Positions 18,501 to 27,047 of a DNA stretch of 64,000 nt are shown one piece after another; within the stretch, counting starts at the first letter, position 1; every line of letters begins with the position of its first letter. The translations under genes and the position numbers were made by a program. The notes under the pieces were generated by a model. That model did no database searches, had not been told where the DNA came from, and worked only from the letters and a program-made list of their open reading frames with translations. Origin of the DNA: a bacterium (GTDB taxonomy: Bacteria; Auribacterota; Auribacteria; Auribacterales; Auribacteraceae); the NCBI GenBank assembly GCA_018435605.1, contig JAHDNF010000004.1, forward strand, positions 184,542-248,541. The letters run 5' to 3'.

Positions 18501-19426
18501 GAGAACGGTATCCGATACGCCTTAGGTACATGCGTGAATTGCGCGATTCTATTGAATCACTGGAACGAATCCTTGTGCCCGCGCCGGACGGCGCTCAGAT
18601 ACCGCTAATCCAACTTGCAGATATACAATATACACAAGGTCCACAGATGATAAAAAGTGAGGATACGTTTCTTATAGGATACGTAACCTTTGATAAAAAA
18701 GATCAATTCGCCGAGGTCGACGTAGTCCGGCAGGCACAGGAATACCTTCAGAAAAAAATACAGACGGGCGAGTTTGTTGTTCCTCCAGGGGTAAGTTATG
18801 TTTTTGCAGGAAGCTATGAGAATCAAGTGCGCTCGGAGCGGAAACTCCGAGTACTTGTGCCTGTTGCTCTGCTGATGATATTCATTATTTTATATTTGCA
18901 ATTCGGATCGCTTATAACCAGCTCTCTAGTTTTTAGCGGCATATTCGTTGCATGGGCAGGCGGTTTTATCGTGTTATGGCTGTACAGCCAACCGTGGTTT
19001 ATGGATGTATCTTTGTTCGGCATCAACTTACGTGAATTATTTCAGGTTCATCAGATCAATTTAAGCGTCGCGGTTTGGGTGGGGTTTCTGGCATTGTTCG
19101 GCATTGCATCCGACGACGGAGTTGTAATGGCGACATATCTTACGGAATCGTTTCGATCTAAACAGACCTCATCAGTACGGCAAATACGCGACGCCGCTAT
19201 CGAAGCAGGTAACCGGCGCGTCAGGCCATGCCTTATGACTACTGCAACAACCATTCTTGCGCTACTTCCTGTGCTGACATCTCGCGGACGAGGATCGGAT
19301 ATTATGGTGCCGATGGCTATACCTGTATTCGGCGGGATGCTATTTGAACTGATAACCATGTTTGTCGTACCGGTACTGTACTGCGCGTGGCAGGAACGCC
19401 GGTTCAAGACTATCAAATCTTCCTGA
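15542..19426 (+). CDS. cusA: Heavy-metal efflux RND pump (CusA/CzcA family), unusually long (~1294 aa) with extra hydrophobic segments and a ~140-aa periplasmic insertion
   Basis: Conserved HME-RND blocks (VPLTEFDM start region, FGFSMIYVIFEE, GIAIAIGTMVDMGIVICENI, ASDDGVVMATYL). ACGGAG RBS before the ATG at 15542. The ORF-track start at 15482 overlaps cusB and was rejected. Confidence 0.85.
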   Translation: MTEKNNAQSASIIDGLIKFCLEKKVIVFLVTLLFIAWGILVAPFDWHIPGIQRDPVPVDAIPDIGENQQIVFTQWPGRSPQDIEDQITYPLTVNLLGIPSIKTIRSYSMFGFSMIYVIFEESAGFYWSRSRILEKLNSLPTSVLPDNVTPMLGPDATALGQVFWYTLEGQDKDGNPAGGWELQELRTIQDWYVRYALSAAEGVSEVASVGGFVKEYQIDIDPDAMRVYDVTLDHLIRAVKNANLDVGARTIEVNNVEYVIRGVGFVKNIADLENSVVAVRDNIPVYLKNVAHVTLGPALRRGVLDKEGAEAVGGVVVARYGANPLETIRNVKKRIEEISPGLPAKTLADGTQSKVSIVPFYDRTGLIYETLGTLNTALILQIIVTVLVILVMLMHLKSSIMISGLLPLAVLMCFIAMKLFGVDANIVALSGIAIAIGTMVDMGIVICENIIQHLKAEPDEDSKQVIFRASSEVAGAVLTAIATTIIGFLPVFALEAAEGKLFKPLAFTKIFALFASLIVAICIIPPVAHVILAKRKKSILLSTTVYILLLTAGGHVFLSYSRLIGAVVIAVTAYHLLLKFLPDRWIPSAKRFSPFVMPIAVALLLTDYWLPLGPAAGFIWNLFFILGIVGGLLGIFYLFHKFYSDMLKWCLDHKTLFLSIPILIMLVASNIWMGFDTIFGWIPDSVKRTPVISALWHAFPGLGKEFMPPLDEGSFLFMPTTMPHASIGEVYDVLRKQDMAMYTIPEIDTVVGKLGRAETPLDPAPISMIETIIHYKPEFIVDKSGRRLTFKYESNKNDLFRDENGVALLAPDGEPYIVRGKFTRSSDGKLIPDPSGIPFRLWRPALDPSLNQDREYWKGINSPSDIWDTIVQTVDIPGTTSAPKLQPISARIVMLQSGMRAPMGVKVKGPDLESIEKVGIEIEKFLKEVPSVNPPTVNADRIIGKPYLEINIDRNAIARYGIQIAAVQQVIEVAIGGKPLTASVEGRERYPIRLRYMRELRDSIESLERILVPAPDGAQIPLIQLADIQYTQGPQMIKSEDTFLIGYVTFDKKDQFAEVDVVRQAQEYLQKKIQTGEFVVPPGVSYVFAGSYENQVRSERKLRVLVPVALLMIFIILYLQFGSLITSSLVFSGIFVAWAGGFIVLWLYSQPWFMDVSLFGINLRELFQVHQINLSVAVWVGFLALFGIASDDGVVMATYLTESFRSKQTSSVRQIRDAAIEAGNRRVRPCLMTTATTILALLPVLTSRGRGSDIMVPMAIPVFGGMLFELITMFVVPVLYCAWQERRFKTIKSS

Positions 19427-19583
19427 TTATTCCTAAATCGACCCGCATTATATTATACAAGAATGCTTGTTCCTTGCTTGTAGGTTTATTGGATTCGCTC
19501 GCGAAAAATCTTACTCAAACAAATATTGAAAATACCGATATTACAATTGAAAACAAACCGCAAATAATTTTGAGAGTGAGCGT

Positions 19584-20744
19584 ATGATCAATCCTTTTCA
19601 ATCAAAACAGATAACTTGTCCTGTCTGTTTGGAAATAAGCGAGATCTCTGTATTGATCAGTGAAGTGTTCGGTAAATATTTTCCGGTTACACATGAAAAA
19701 GATCAATACGTCAGCCAATGGAAATGGACTGACGAACAGTGGCAACATATCAATCCGTATTTATATTCTATAGTAATGTGCCCGAAATGCTATTACAGCA
19801 ATTTTATAGATTCTTTTACCGATAAGCAAAAAAGCACAACTAAACGCCAAATGCGATATCTCAAGGAAAAATTAAACGAAATATCAGGATTTGAGAAAGA
19901 TTTAATACGGAAAATAGCCGAAGTGTTCCTAGCAAGCCAAACCGACCACAGCCACGAAACCGCTGTGATGGGTATGATACTTACCATTTTTTATCAGCGT
20001 ATGATCATGGAACGCAAAGATTTTGCAATAAGCTACACTTTACCGGGAAGGCTGTATTTACGGCTGTCATGGTTATATAGAGAACAATTCGCCAATGGGC
20101 AGAAAGACGAAAACAACCAGTGCGCAGTTACCCCTATCGTATCCGATATGCTCGATACACTGCGCAACTTTCACAGCCTGAACAAACAGATAGAAACCCA
20201 GATAAAAACAATGAACGAAGAAAGCAGTGAACAGGTTTATACTATCGTACTATTTCTGGAAGAAGCTACAAAACGACTGGCAGAAAAAACGGAAGAAATC
20301 CTATCCCATATAGATTCCGCCCGCGGGCAAGCAGGCGATGAACGATCGGCCATTATAAAAAAATCTTATACATTATGGAACTGGCTACCAAAAAATGAAG
20401 CTCAAGCCGTCGCAATGGCGGCGGATTGTTTTGTACAAGCCGCCAACAATGATTATGAAATCAGCGAAAAAGGAGCATGCAAAATTCTTGAGCTTGCGGC
20501 ATACCTGTATGCAAAGATAGGCAACAAAGAAGGATCAAACAACTGCCTTCGCCAAATAATCAACCTATGCTACAACCAGCGAATGAATTTGATGAAAAAA
20601 CTACAAAAAAACACATCCATAGCCCAAAAATCGGATATCGAGCTGGAAGTAAAAAGGCTCAATACATATATCGAAGATATAACTTATCAGTACAAATACG
20701 AAGAAAACCAGCAATCCGACAATTTCCCGTCCGCGGACGCTTAA
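19584..20744 (+). CDS. DUF2225-like zinc-ribbon protein with alpha-helical (TPR-like) C-terminal region
   Basis: N-terminal paired CxxC (CPVCLEISEISVL ... YSIVMCPKCYYSNF), resembling the DUF2225 family signature. AT-rich gene with lower GC than its neighbours. Confidence 0.4.
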   Translation: MINPFQSKQITCPVCLEISEISVLISEVFGKYFPVTHEKDQYVSQWKWTDEQWQHINPYLYSIVMCPKCYYSNFIDSFTDKQKSTTKRQMRYLKEKLNEISGFEKDLIRKIAEVFLASQTDHSHETAVMGMILTIFYQRMIMERKDFAISYTLPGRLYLRLSWLYREQFANGQKDENNQCAVTPIVSDMLDTLRNFHSLNKQIETQIKTMNEESSEQVYTIVLFLEEATKRLAEKTEEILSHIDSARGQAGDERSAIIKKSYTLWNWLPKNEAQAVAMAADCFVQAANNDYEISEKGACKILELAAYLYAKIGNKEGSNNCLRQIINLCYNQRMNLMKKLQKNTSIAQKSDIELEVKRLNTYIEDITYQYKYEENQQSDNFPSADA

Positions 20745-20886
20745 TACAATACATCAGTAATGGAATAATTTCCGCTCAATAATATATTTTTAACACAATT
20801 CGAAATATTTTCATTCAGGCGTAAACAATATATAATAAAGATACCCTACCATAATGACAAACTAGGAAAAATTTCGCTAAAACGGT

Positions 20887-21582
20887 TTGTCATTTATGGG
20901 CTTGCAAAATAACGAAGTAATATTCAAATCAACTCAATACCAAGTAACTGTGCGGATATTCAAATTTCGCACACCTATTCCTTTTGTGAAAAGAAAAATC
21001 CGATACCTTGTCGGTTATACTATAAAAGACGGTGTGAAATATTTCGACGATGCCGTTCGGATTGTCTTTAAAAGTTCATGGCTAGACCCTTTTCAGATTA
21101 TATTCACAAGCGGGCATGTGTTTCTTACACGTCAGGCCTTAAAAAAATTCGGTTTTAATAAGGCTGACCGCGCTGTTTGCATTGCATCCAACATGAAAGC
21201 CGATTCGCGGGAACATTTCTATAAACATCAGCATTATCTGCCTCACACCCGTGATAAATCGGAAGATTTTCTCAAAATGTGCCTTTACATGGCGGTTCAC
21301 TCCGATCATCCGCTATTTTGGCTTGGAAAAGGCATGCATACATTGCAAGACAGATTTTCGCATTTCGAACAAAACGCAACTTTGAAAGATCACATGCCGT
21401 TCGGCAAAGACCCAGATAATCCGGCAAAACATCCCTATAAGTACTGGCAGGCATACAAACATTCCGTCGAATATGTCAGAGAATTCTTGGAGAAAAAGCA
21501 ATGTTTGTCAATAAACATATTTGATTTTGTCAAAGATACTATACCGCAATCGGTTGAGATTCCTTCAAAAAACATCGCCTGA
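20887..21582 (+). CDS. Hypothetical protein with His-rich metal-site-like motif (possible zinc-dependent phospholipase C / S1-P1 nuclease-like fold)
   Basis: HQHYLPH...AVHSDHPLFWLGKGMHTLQDRFSHFEQ (H-x3-D-x3-H) is reminiscent of the GEAMHYFGDxxxPxH motif of zinc PLCs. Assignment is weak. Confidence 0.3.
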   Translation: MSFMGLQNNEVIFKSTQYQVTVRIFKFRTPIPFVKRKIRYLVGYTIKDGVKYFDDAVRIVFKSSWLDPFQIIFTSGHVFLTRQALKKFGFNKADRAVCIASNMKADSREHFYKHQHYLPHTRDKSEDFLKMCLYMAVHSDHPLFWLGKGMHTLQDRFSHFEQNATLKDHMPFGKDPDNPAKHPYKYWQAYKHSVEYVREFLEKKQCLSINIFDFVKDTIPQSVEIPSKNIA

Positions 21583-21703
21583 TCATGCTCTCTTATAGAT
21601 TTTCACTGCTAATATTCTAACGTCTATTTTGAATTTTATTGATTACGCGCATAACCTGCTATAAACAGCTATCTTCAAAATAATTTATTATTTTATCAAA
21701 ATA

Positions 21704-21721
21704 TTGTGAAAAAAATCACAA
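21704..21721. promoter_or_regulatory. Rex operator (TTGTGAAaaaaATCACAA) upstream of rex-hydCBA
   Basis: 17/18 match to the Rex consensus TTGTGAA-N4-TTCACAA, with perfect TTGTGA/TCACAA arms. It lies immediately upstream of a sigma70-like promoter and of the rex gene. Confidence 0.7.
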
Positions 21722-21727
21722 TGGATA

Positions 21728-21756
21728 TTGACAAAGCATAATTCATGGGTTATATT
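21728..21756 (+). promoter_or_regulatory. Sigma-70-like promoter (TTGACA-17nt-TATATT) for the rex operon
   Basis: TTGACA at 21728-21733, 17-nt spacer, TATATT at 21751-21756. Implies a ~210-nt leader before rex. Confidence 0.35.
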
Positions 21757-21976
21757 AAAGAAAAATATATCGATATAAATTTATCGATAAACTTTTCTCG
21801 AAAAGTGCCGATCTTATGTATACAAACAACTCGCACTCTAGAGAAAATCCGGAATTTTAAAAAAACATAAGCTGGCGAACCAATCTAAAAGGATTGCCGC
21901 CTGATTTCCAGAAACATTGAATTTTAAATATTAAAGATAAACACAATCTCAGTAGTTCCGCACAAGGAGAAACTAT

Positions 21977-22621
21977 ATGAACGACCTGAAAATCAGATGC
22001 ACTCCGGAACCAACGCTACGCCGTCTGCCATTGTATTTGGGGTTTTTAAAAGGAATCTCGGATAGAGGCAGAAATATTTCGTGTACCCAGATAGCAAATG
22101 AATTCGGTTTTGATCCGACACAGGTGCGTAAAGATATCGCTCAGACAGGTATTGTAGGAACGGCTAGAATAGGTTATGACACCAAAGACCTGATTTTGCA
22201 AATAGAAACCTTTCTCGGCTGGAACAAAAAACATGAAGCGTTTCTTGCCGGAGCTGGAAACCTCGGAACCGCACTGCTCAAATACAATCTTTTCAAAGAT
22301 GAATACGGACTGGATATCGTTGCGGTTTTTGAGAACGACAAAGCAAAACAAGGAACTCATATTGCGGGCAGGAAGGTACTTCCGGTTGACAAGATTACCG
22401 ATCTGGCTCGCAGGATGCATGTCCCTATCGGAGTTATCGCGATACCGCCCGAAGCGGCACAGAGTGTCGCCGACCGCATGATAGAAGGCGGCATCATCGG
22501 AATATGGAACTTTTGTCCTGTTGCCCTGAAAGTCCCTGAAGGAATAATTGTCGAGAACGCAAGGCTGTCAACCAGTCTTGCCGTATTGACAGGAAAATTG
22601 CATAACTTGCTTAACGCTTAA
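21977..22621 (+). CDS. rex: Redox-sensing transcriptional repressor Rex
   Basis: LRRLPLYLGFL winged-helix region and the Rossmann NADH-binding GAGNLGTAL motif, as in B. subtilis and Thermoanaerobacter Rex. Confidence 0.85.
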   Translation: MNDLKIRCTPEPTLRRLPLYLGFLKGISDRGRNISCTQIANEFGFDPTQVRKDIAQTGIVGTARIGYDTKDLILQIETFLGWNKKHEAFLAGAGNLGTALLKYNLFKDEYGLDIVAVFENDKAKQGTHIAGRKVLPVDKITDLARRMHVPIGVIAIPPEAAQSVADRMIEGGIIGIWNFCPVALKVPEGIIVENARLSTSLAVLTGKLHNLLNA

Positions 22622-22639
22622 AAATAAGGAGGATCTCTC

Positions 22640-23134
22640 ATGCCGCTGAGGAAATTCGAGAAAGTATGCGAAATAATTAACACGTATAACAAAGACAAAT
22701 CAAAACTTATTCCCATCTTGCAGGATGTGCAAAGGGAATACAGATACCTGCCGGAAGAAATTATGGCGTACATCGCCACTTCGCTGGATATACCGCCTGC
22801 AAAGGTATTTGGGGTAGCGTCGTTTTACGCCCATTTTGCTTTGGAGCCGAGAGGCAAACATATTATAAGGTTGTGTTGCGGAACCGCCTGTCATGTTAAA
22901 GGTTCGCTAGGACTGCTCGAAGCGTTGCGAAAACGCCTGAACCTTACCGCCGAAAAACACACTACGGACGATATGCTGTTCACCATCGAAACCGTTTCAT
23001 GTCTTGGGGCGTGCGGTTTGGCGCCGGTCATGGTTATAAATGAAGATGTATACGGACAAGTCACACCGGTTATGGCGGTAAACTTAGTGGAAAAAATTAT
23101 GATAGAGGAGAACGGCAATGAAACAGGCGCTTAA
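22640..23134 (+). CDS. hydC: HydC (NuoE-like [2Fe-2S] subunit) of trimeric bifurcating-type [FeFe]-hydrogenase
   Basis: CCGTACHVKGS ... CLGACGLAPV NuoE-family cysteine motifs. AAGGAGG RBS. Confidence 0.85.
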   Translation: MPLRKFEKVCEIINTYNKDKSKLIPILQDVQREYRYLPEEIMAYIATSLDIPPAKVFGVASFYAHFALEPRGKHIIRLCCGTACHVKGSLGLLEALRKRLNLTAEKHTTDDMLFTIETVSCLGACGLAPVMVINEDVYGQVTPVMAVNLVEKIMIEENGNETGA

Positions 23135-25022
23135 TAATATGTTCGACGATATTTACAAACCGCTTGACGAACCGTGCGCGGGTAAAATTGTAATCTGTAC
23201 CGGCACCGGTTGTGTTGCTAGCGGTTCTCTCAAAGTATTGCAGGCGTTTACTGAAGAGATAAGAAAAGCAGGGTTTGACGTCGCTCAAACCTTGCCGGAA
23301 GCAAAAGAATCAACCCGCCCCGATTCAACAGTCAGATTGTCCAAGAGCGGATGTCAGGGGTTTTGTCAGATGGGGCCGCTGGTAACCGTGCTTCCAGAAA
23401 ATATTCTTTATACAAAAGTAAAACCTGAAGACGTGGCGGAAATTGTAACGGAAACACTCTTGAACAAACGGGTAATAGAACGACTGCTCTATAAAGACCC
23501 GGTAACCAAAGAACCGTGTCAAGGACAAAATGAGATTGTTTTCTATAAACGCCAGTCCCGATTCGTGTTGAAAATGTGCGGCGAACTTGACCCGGAAAGT
23601 ATAGACGAATATATTGAACGCGGAGGCTATGACGCCGCCAAAAAAGCCTATTCCGATATGACGCCCGAACAGATTTGCAAAATGATTCTCGAATCAGGGC
23701 TTCGCGGCAGAGGCGGAGGCGGGTTCCCGACCGGACGAAAATGGGAGCTGACCCGTATTCAACCCGGCGATAAGAAGTATGTTATATGCAACGGCGACGA
23801 AGGCGATCCCGGAGCATTCATGGACCGCAGTGTCATGGAAGGAAATCCACACAGCGTGATCGAAGGAATCATGATAGCCGCCCGAGCTGTCGGAGCCGAC
23901 GAGGCGTATATATACGTAAGGATGGAATACCCGCTGGCGGTAAAACGTCTTCGCAAAGCTGTCGAAGCCGCAGAATCCAAGGGTGTTTTAGGTAAAAACG
24001 TTTTAGGATCAGGCAGACAACTTATATGCCACGTAATGGAAGGCGCCGGAGCTTTTGTCTGCGGAGAAGAAACCGCGCTCATATCGTCTATCGAAGGCAA
24101 ACGAGGTATGCCGTCTCCAAAACCGCCGTTTCCCGCCCAAAAGGGTCTGAACGGCAAACCGACTGTCATAAATAACGTGGAAACACTGGCTACAATACCG
24201 TTGATCGTAAATCTCGGCGTCGAAAAATTCCGGAAAATCGGCAACGAAAAGTCGCCCGGAACCAAAACTTTTGCCTTAAGCGGCCACGTGGCCAACACAG
24301 GATTGATCGAGGTGCCCTTAGGCATAACATTGCGGGAAATTATCTATGATATCGGCGGCGGAGTAACCGATAAACACGGCACTATAACCAACGACGGTTT
24401 CAAGATAGTCCAGATCGGCGGCCCTTCCGGCGGGTGTCTGACAGAACAGCACCTTGAACTGTCCCTCGATTTCGATTCGCTCAGGGAAATCGGAGCTATG
24501 ATCGGTTCCGGCGGACTGGTTTTAATGAACAAAAACACTTGTATGGTGAGCGTTGCGCATTACTTCATGCAGTTTACCCAGAATGAATCGTGCGGAAAAT
24601 GCGTGCTGTGCAGAGAAGGTACAAAGCAGATGTTGTACCTGCTTGAAGACATTATGAACGGTCAGGCAACTGCCCAGACATTGGAATTGCTAGAACAACT
24701 CGCCAGAGTCGTACAGAAAGGATCATTGTGCGGATTGGGTAAAACCGCGCCTAACCCTGTATTGTCGACATTGCGTTATTTCAGGGACGAATACGAAGCG
24801 CATGTGTTCGGCAAACGATGTCCGGCAGGCCAGTGTAAAGCTCTGCTTGTACCTGAAATCGATCCTGAAAAATGTAAAGGATGTACGCTATGCGCCAGAA
24901 AATGCCCTGTTGAAGCCATTACCGGCGAACGCGGCAAACCGCATACTATCGATCCTGAAAAATGTATAAAATGCGGCGCATGCGCGGCCGCGTGTAAATT
25001 CTTAGCTGTAACGGGGGTGTAA
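23118..25022 (+). CDS. hydB: HydB (NuoF-like FMN/NADH subunit with N-terminal 2Fe-2S and C-terminal 2x[4Fe-4S] ferredoxin domain)
   Basis: ICTGTGCVASGS, GLRGRGGGGF, ESCGKCVLCREG, CKGCTLCARKCP, CIKCGACAAACK. Overlaps hydC by 17 nt. Confidence 0.85.
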   Translation: MKQALNNMFDDIYKPLDEPCAGKIVICTGTGCVASGSLKVLQAFTEEIRKAGFDVAQTLPEAKESTRPDSTVRLSKSGCQGFCQMGPLVTVLPENILYTKVKPEDVAEIVTETLLNKRVIERLLYKDPVTKEPCQGQNEIVFYKRQSRFVLKMCGELDPESIDEYIERGGYDAAKKAYSDMTPEQICKMILESGLRGRGGGGFPTGRKWELTRIQPGDKKYVICNGDEGDPGAFMDRSVMEGNPHSVIEGIMIAARAVGADEAYIYVRMEYPLAVKRLRKAVEAAESKGVLGKNVLGSGRQLICHVMEGAGAFVCGEETALISSIEGKRGMPSPKPPFPAQKGLNGKPTVINNVETLATIPLIVNLGVEKFRKIGNEKSPGTKTFALSGHVANTGLIEVPLGITLREIIYDIGGGVTDKHGTITNDGFKIVQIGGPSGGCLTEQHLELSLDFDSLREIGAMIGSGGLVLMNKNTCMVSVAHYFMQFTQNESCGKCVLCREGTKQMLYLLEDIMNGQATAQTLELLEQLARVVQKGSLCGLGKTAPNPVLSTLRYFRDEYEAHVFGKRCPAGQCKALLVPEIDPEKCKGCTLCARKCPVEAITGERGKPHTIDPEKCIKCGACAAACKFLAVTGV

Positions 25023-25023
25023 C

Positions 25024-27033
25024 ATGAACAAAAAAGCCTTTATATATGTGGATGGAATTAAAGCTCCTATCAACGGTGAACGGAACCTGCTCGAAGTTAT
25101 AAGAAAAGCGAACATAGATATACCGACGTTCTGTTACCATTCCGAATTGAGCGTTTACGGCGCATGCAGAATGTGCATGGTCGATGTGGAAGGGCAGGGA
25201 TTGATGGCATCGTGTTCCGTTGCCCCTCAACCGGATATGAAAGTCAAAACCAATACGGCGGAGATACGGGAACTGCGTAAAATAGCGGTGGAACTCCTGC
25301 TTGCCAACCACGAGAAAAGTTGCCCGACCTGTAAACGAAGCGCTACTTGTAAACTGCAGGATTTAGGCAGAAAACTAGGTATTGACAAAGTTCGCTTTAA
25401 ACCGATCAACAAACAACAACCGCTCGAAGACGCATCCCAAGTACTGGTTCGCGACCCTAACAAATGTATACTATGCGGTGACTGTGTCCGCATGTGCGCC
25501 GAGGTTCAGGGAATTGGCGCAATTGATTTTGCCTATAGGGGACACGACGTGGCGGTATTACCGGCATTCGGCAAAAGTCTTGATAAAGTGGAATGTGTGT
25601 TCTGCGGACAGTGCGCTCGCGTATGCCCGACCGGAGCTTTGACCGCAAAGTCACACGTCCAAGAAGTCTGGAAAGCGCTCGACGATAAAAATAAAAAAGT
25701 GGTAGTTCAAATTGCGCCGGCAGTACGTGTAGCAATAGGCGAAATGTTCGGTAAAGAACCGGGAACCGTCAGTACCGGACAGATAGTCTCAGCATTAAAA
25801 ATACTCGGTTTTGACAGGGTCTACGATACGTGTTTTGCCGCAGACCTTACCGTTATCGAGGAAGGTAGCGAATTCATACGGCGTGTAACGCAAGACGGCG
25901 CTCTGCCTCAGTTTACATCGTGTTGCCCGGGATGGGTGAAATTTGTCGAACAATATTATCCGGAGTATCTTGATAATTTGTCCACATGCCGCTCTCCCCA
26001 ACAGATGTTCGGCTCGCTGGCTAAAAAAATATTGCCTGACGATTTGAATGTCGCGCCGAAAGATTTGGTTGTGGTATCTATCATGCCGTGTACAGCCAAA
26101 AAATTCGAAGCGGCAAGACCGGAATTTCTACGGGACGAAATACCTGACGTGGATTATGTCTTAACCACACAGGAACTGGGACAAATGATCGAATCTAGCG
26201 GCATCAATTTCGTCAATCTGCAACCGGAATCGCTCGATTTACCGTTAGGATTCAAAACCGGCGCAGGGGTCATTTTCGGCAACACCGGAGGAGTCAGTGA
26301 AGCAGTCCTGCGGTTTTTGAATGAAAAACTTACAGGCAACACACAAGATAACTTCGAGTTTACTGAGGTACGTGGAACAGAGGGAATCCGTGAAGCCCAA
26401 GTTACTTTCGACGGCAAAACATACAGTCTGGCAGTCGTGCACGGACTGGGCAACGCTCGTAAACTGATAGAAAATATAAAAAACGGATCATGCCGCTATG
26501 ACCTTATCGAAGTCATGTCTTGCCCGGGCGGTTGTATAGGCGGGGCAGGCCAGCCGATTTCCTTCGATTCCGATACCAGAGAAAAACGTACAAAGGCTCT
26601 GTATGAAGCGGATAAAATGCTTCAGCTACATAAATCGCAGGAAAATCCATATATTAAAAAATGTTACGATACACATTTGGGCGAAGTCGGCGGCGCTGTA
26701 GCCCATCATCTTTTGCATACCCATTACAAGAGCAGAAAACGCATACACGACGCTGACCTGTCGCTCATGGCGTCCAAAGAAGCCCAACAACTGGAAATCA
26801 GAGTCTGCGTAGGAACCAGCTGTTATCTGCGCGGTTCACAGGATTTGTTACACGCGCTACTTTGCGATATCCATCACAGCGATCTAAAAGACAAGGTGGA
26901 CGTCAAGGCTACATTCTGCTTTGAAAAATGCTCGCAGGGGCCGGTTGTGCGAATCGGCGACAAACTGGTTACTTCAGCTACATTAGAAAAAGTCAAAGAG
27001 GAAATCGAATCGCAGTTGCGTAAACGACAATAA
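25024..27033 (+). CDS. hydA: HydA catalytic [FeFe]-hydrogenase with a fused C-terminal NuoE-like thioredoxin-fold [2Fe-2S] domain (Thermotoga HydA-like architecture)
   Basis: L1 FTSCCPGW, L2 MPCTAKKFE, L3 EVMSCPGGCIGGAGQP. C-terminal ~100 aa with CVGTSCYLRGS ... CFEKCSQGP. Confidence 0.9.
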   Translation: MNKKAFIYVDGIKAPINGERNLLEVIRKANIDIPTFCYHSELSVYGACRMCMVDVEGQGLMASCSVAPQPDMKVKTNTAEIRELRKIAVELLLANHEKSCPTCKRSATCKLQDLGRKLGIDKVRFKPINKQQPLEDASQVLVRDPNKCILCGDCVRMCAEVQGIGAIDFAYRGHDVAVLPAFGKSLDKVECVFCGQCARVCPTGALTAKSHVQEVWKALDDKNKKVVVQIAPAVRVAIGEMFGKEPGTVSTGQIVSALKILGFDRVYDTCFAADLTVIEEGSEFIRRVTQDGALPQFTSCCPGWVKFVEQYYPEYLDNLSTCRSPQQMFGSLAKKILPDDLNVAPKDLVVVSIMPCTAKKFEAARPEFLRDEIPDVDYVLTTQELGQMIESSGINFVNLQPESLDLPLGFKTGAGVIFGNTGGVSEAVLRFLNEKLTGNTQDNFEFTEVRGTEGIREAQVTFDGKTYSLAVVHGLGNARKLIENIKNGSCRYDLIEVMSCPGGCIGGAGQPISFDSDTREKRTKALYEADKMLQLHKSQENPYIKKCYDTHLGEVGGAVAHHLLHTHYKSRKRIHDADLSLMASKEAQQLEIRVCVGTSCYLRGSQDLLHALLCDIHHSDLKDKVDVKATFCFEKCSQGPVVRIGDKLVTSATLEKVKEEIESQLRKRQ

Positions 27034-27047
27034 CCGGAGGCATACCG

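Noticed and set aside
21763-21790. Two ATCGAT(A) palindromic hexamers (ATCGATATAAATTTATCGAT) in the rex leader
   Set aside because: Each hexamer is self-complementary (ClaI-like) but the pair is not a true inverted repeat. No known regulator motif. Noted only as a possible site.
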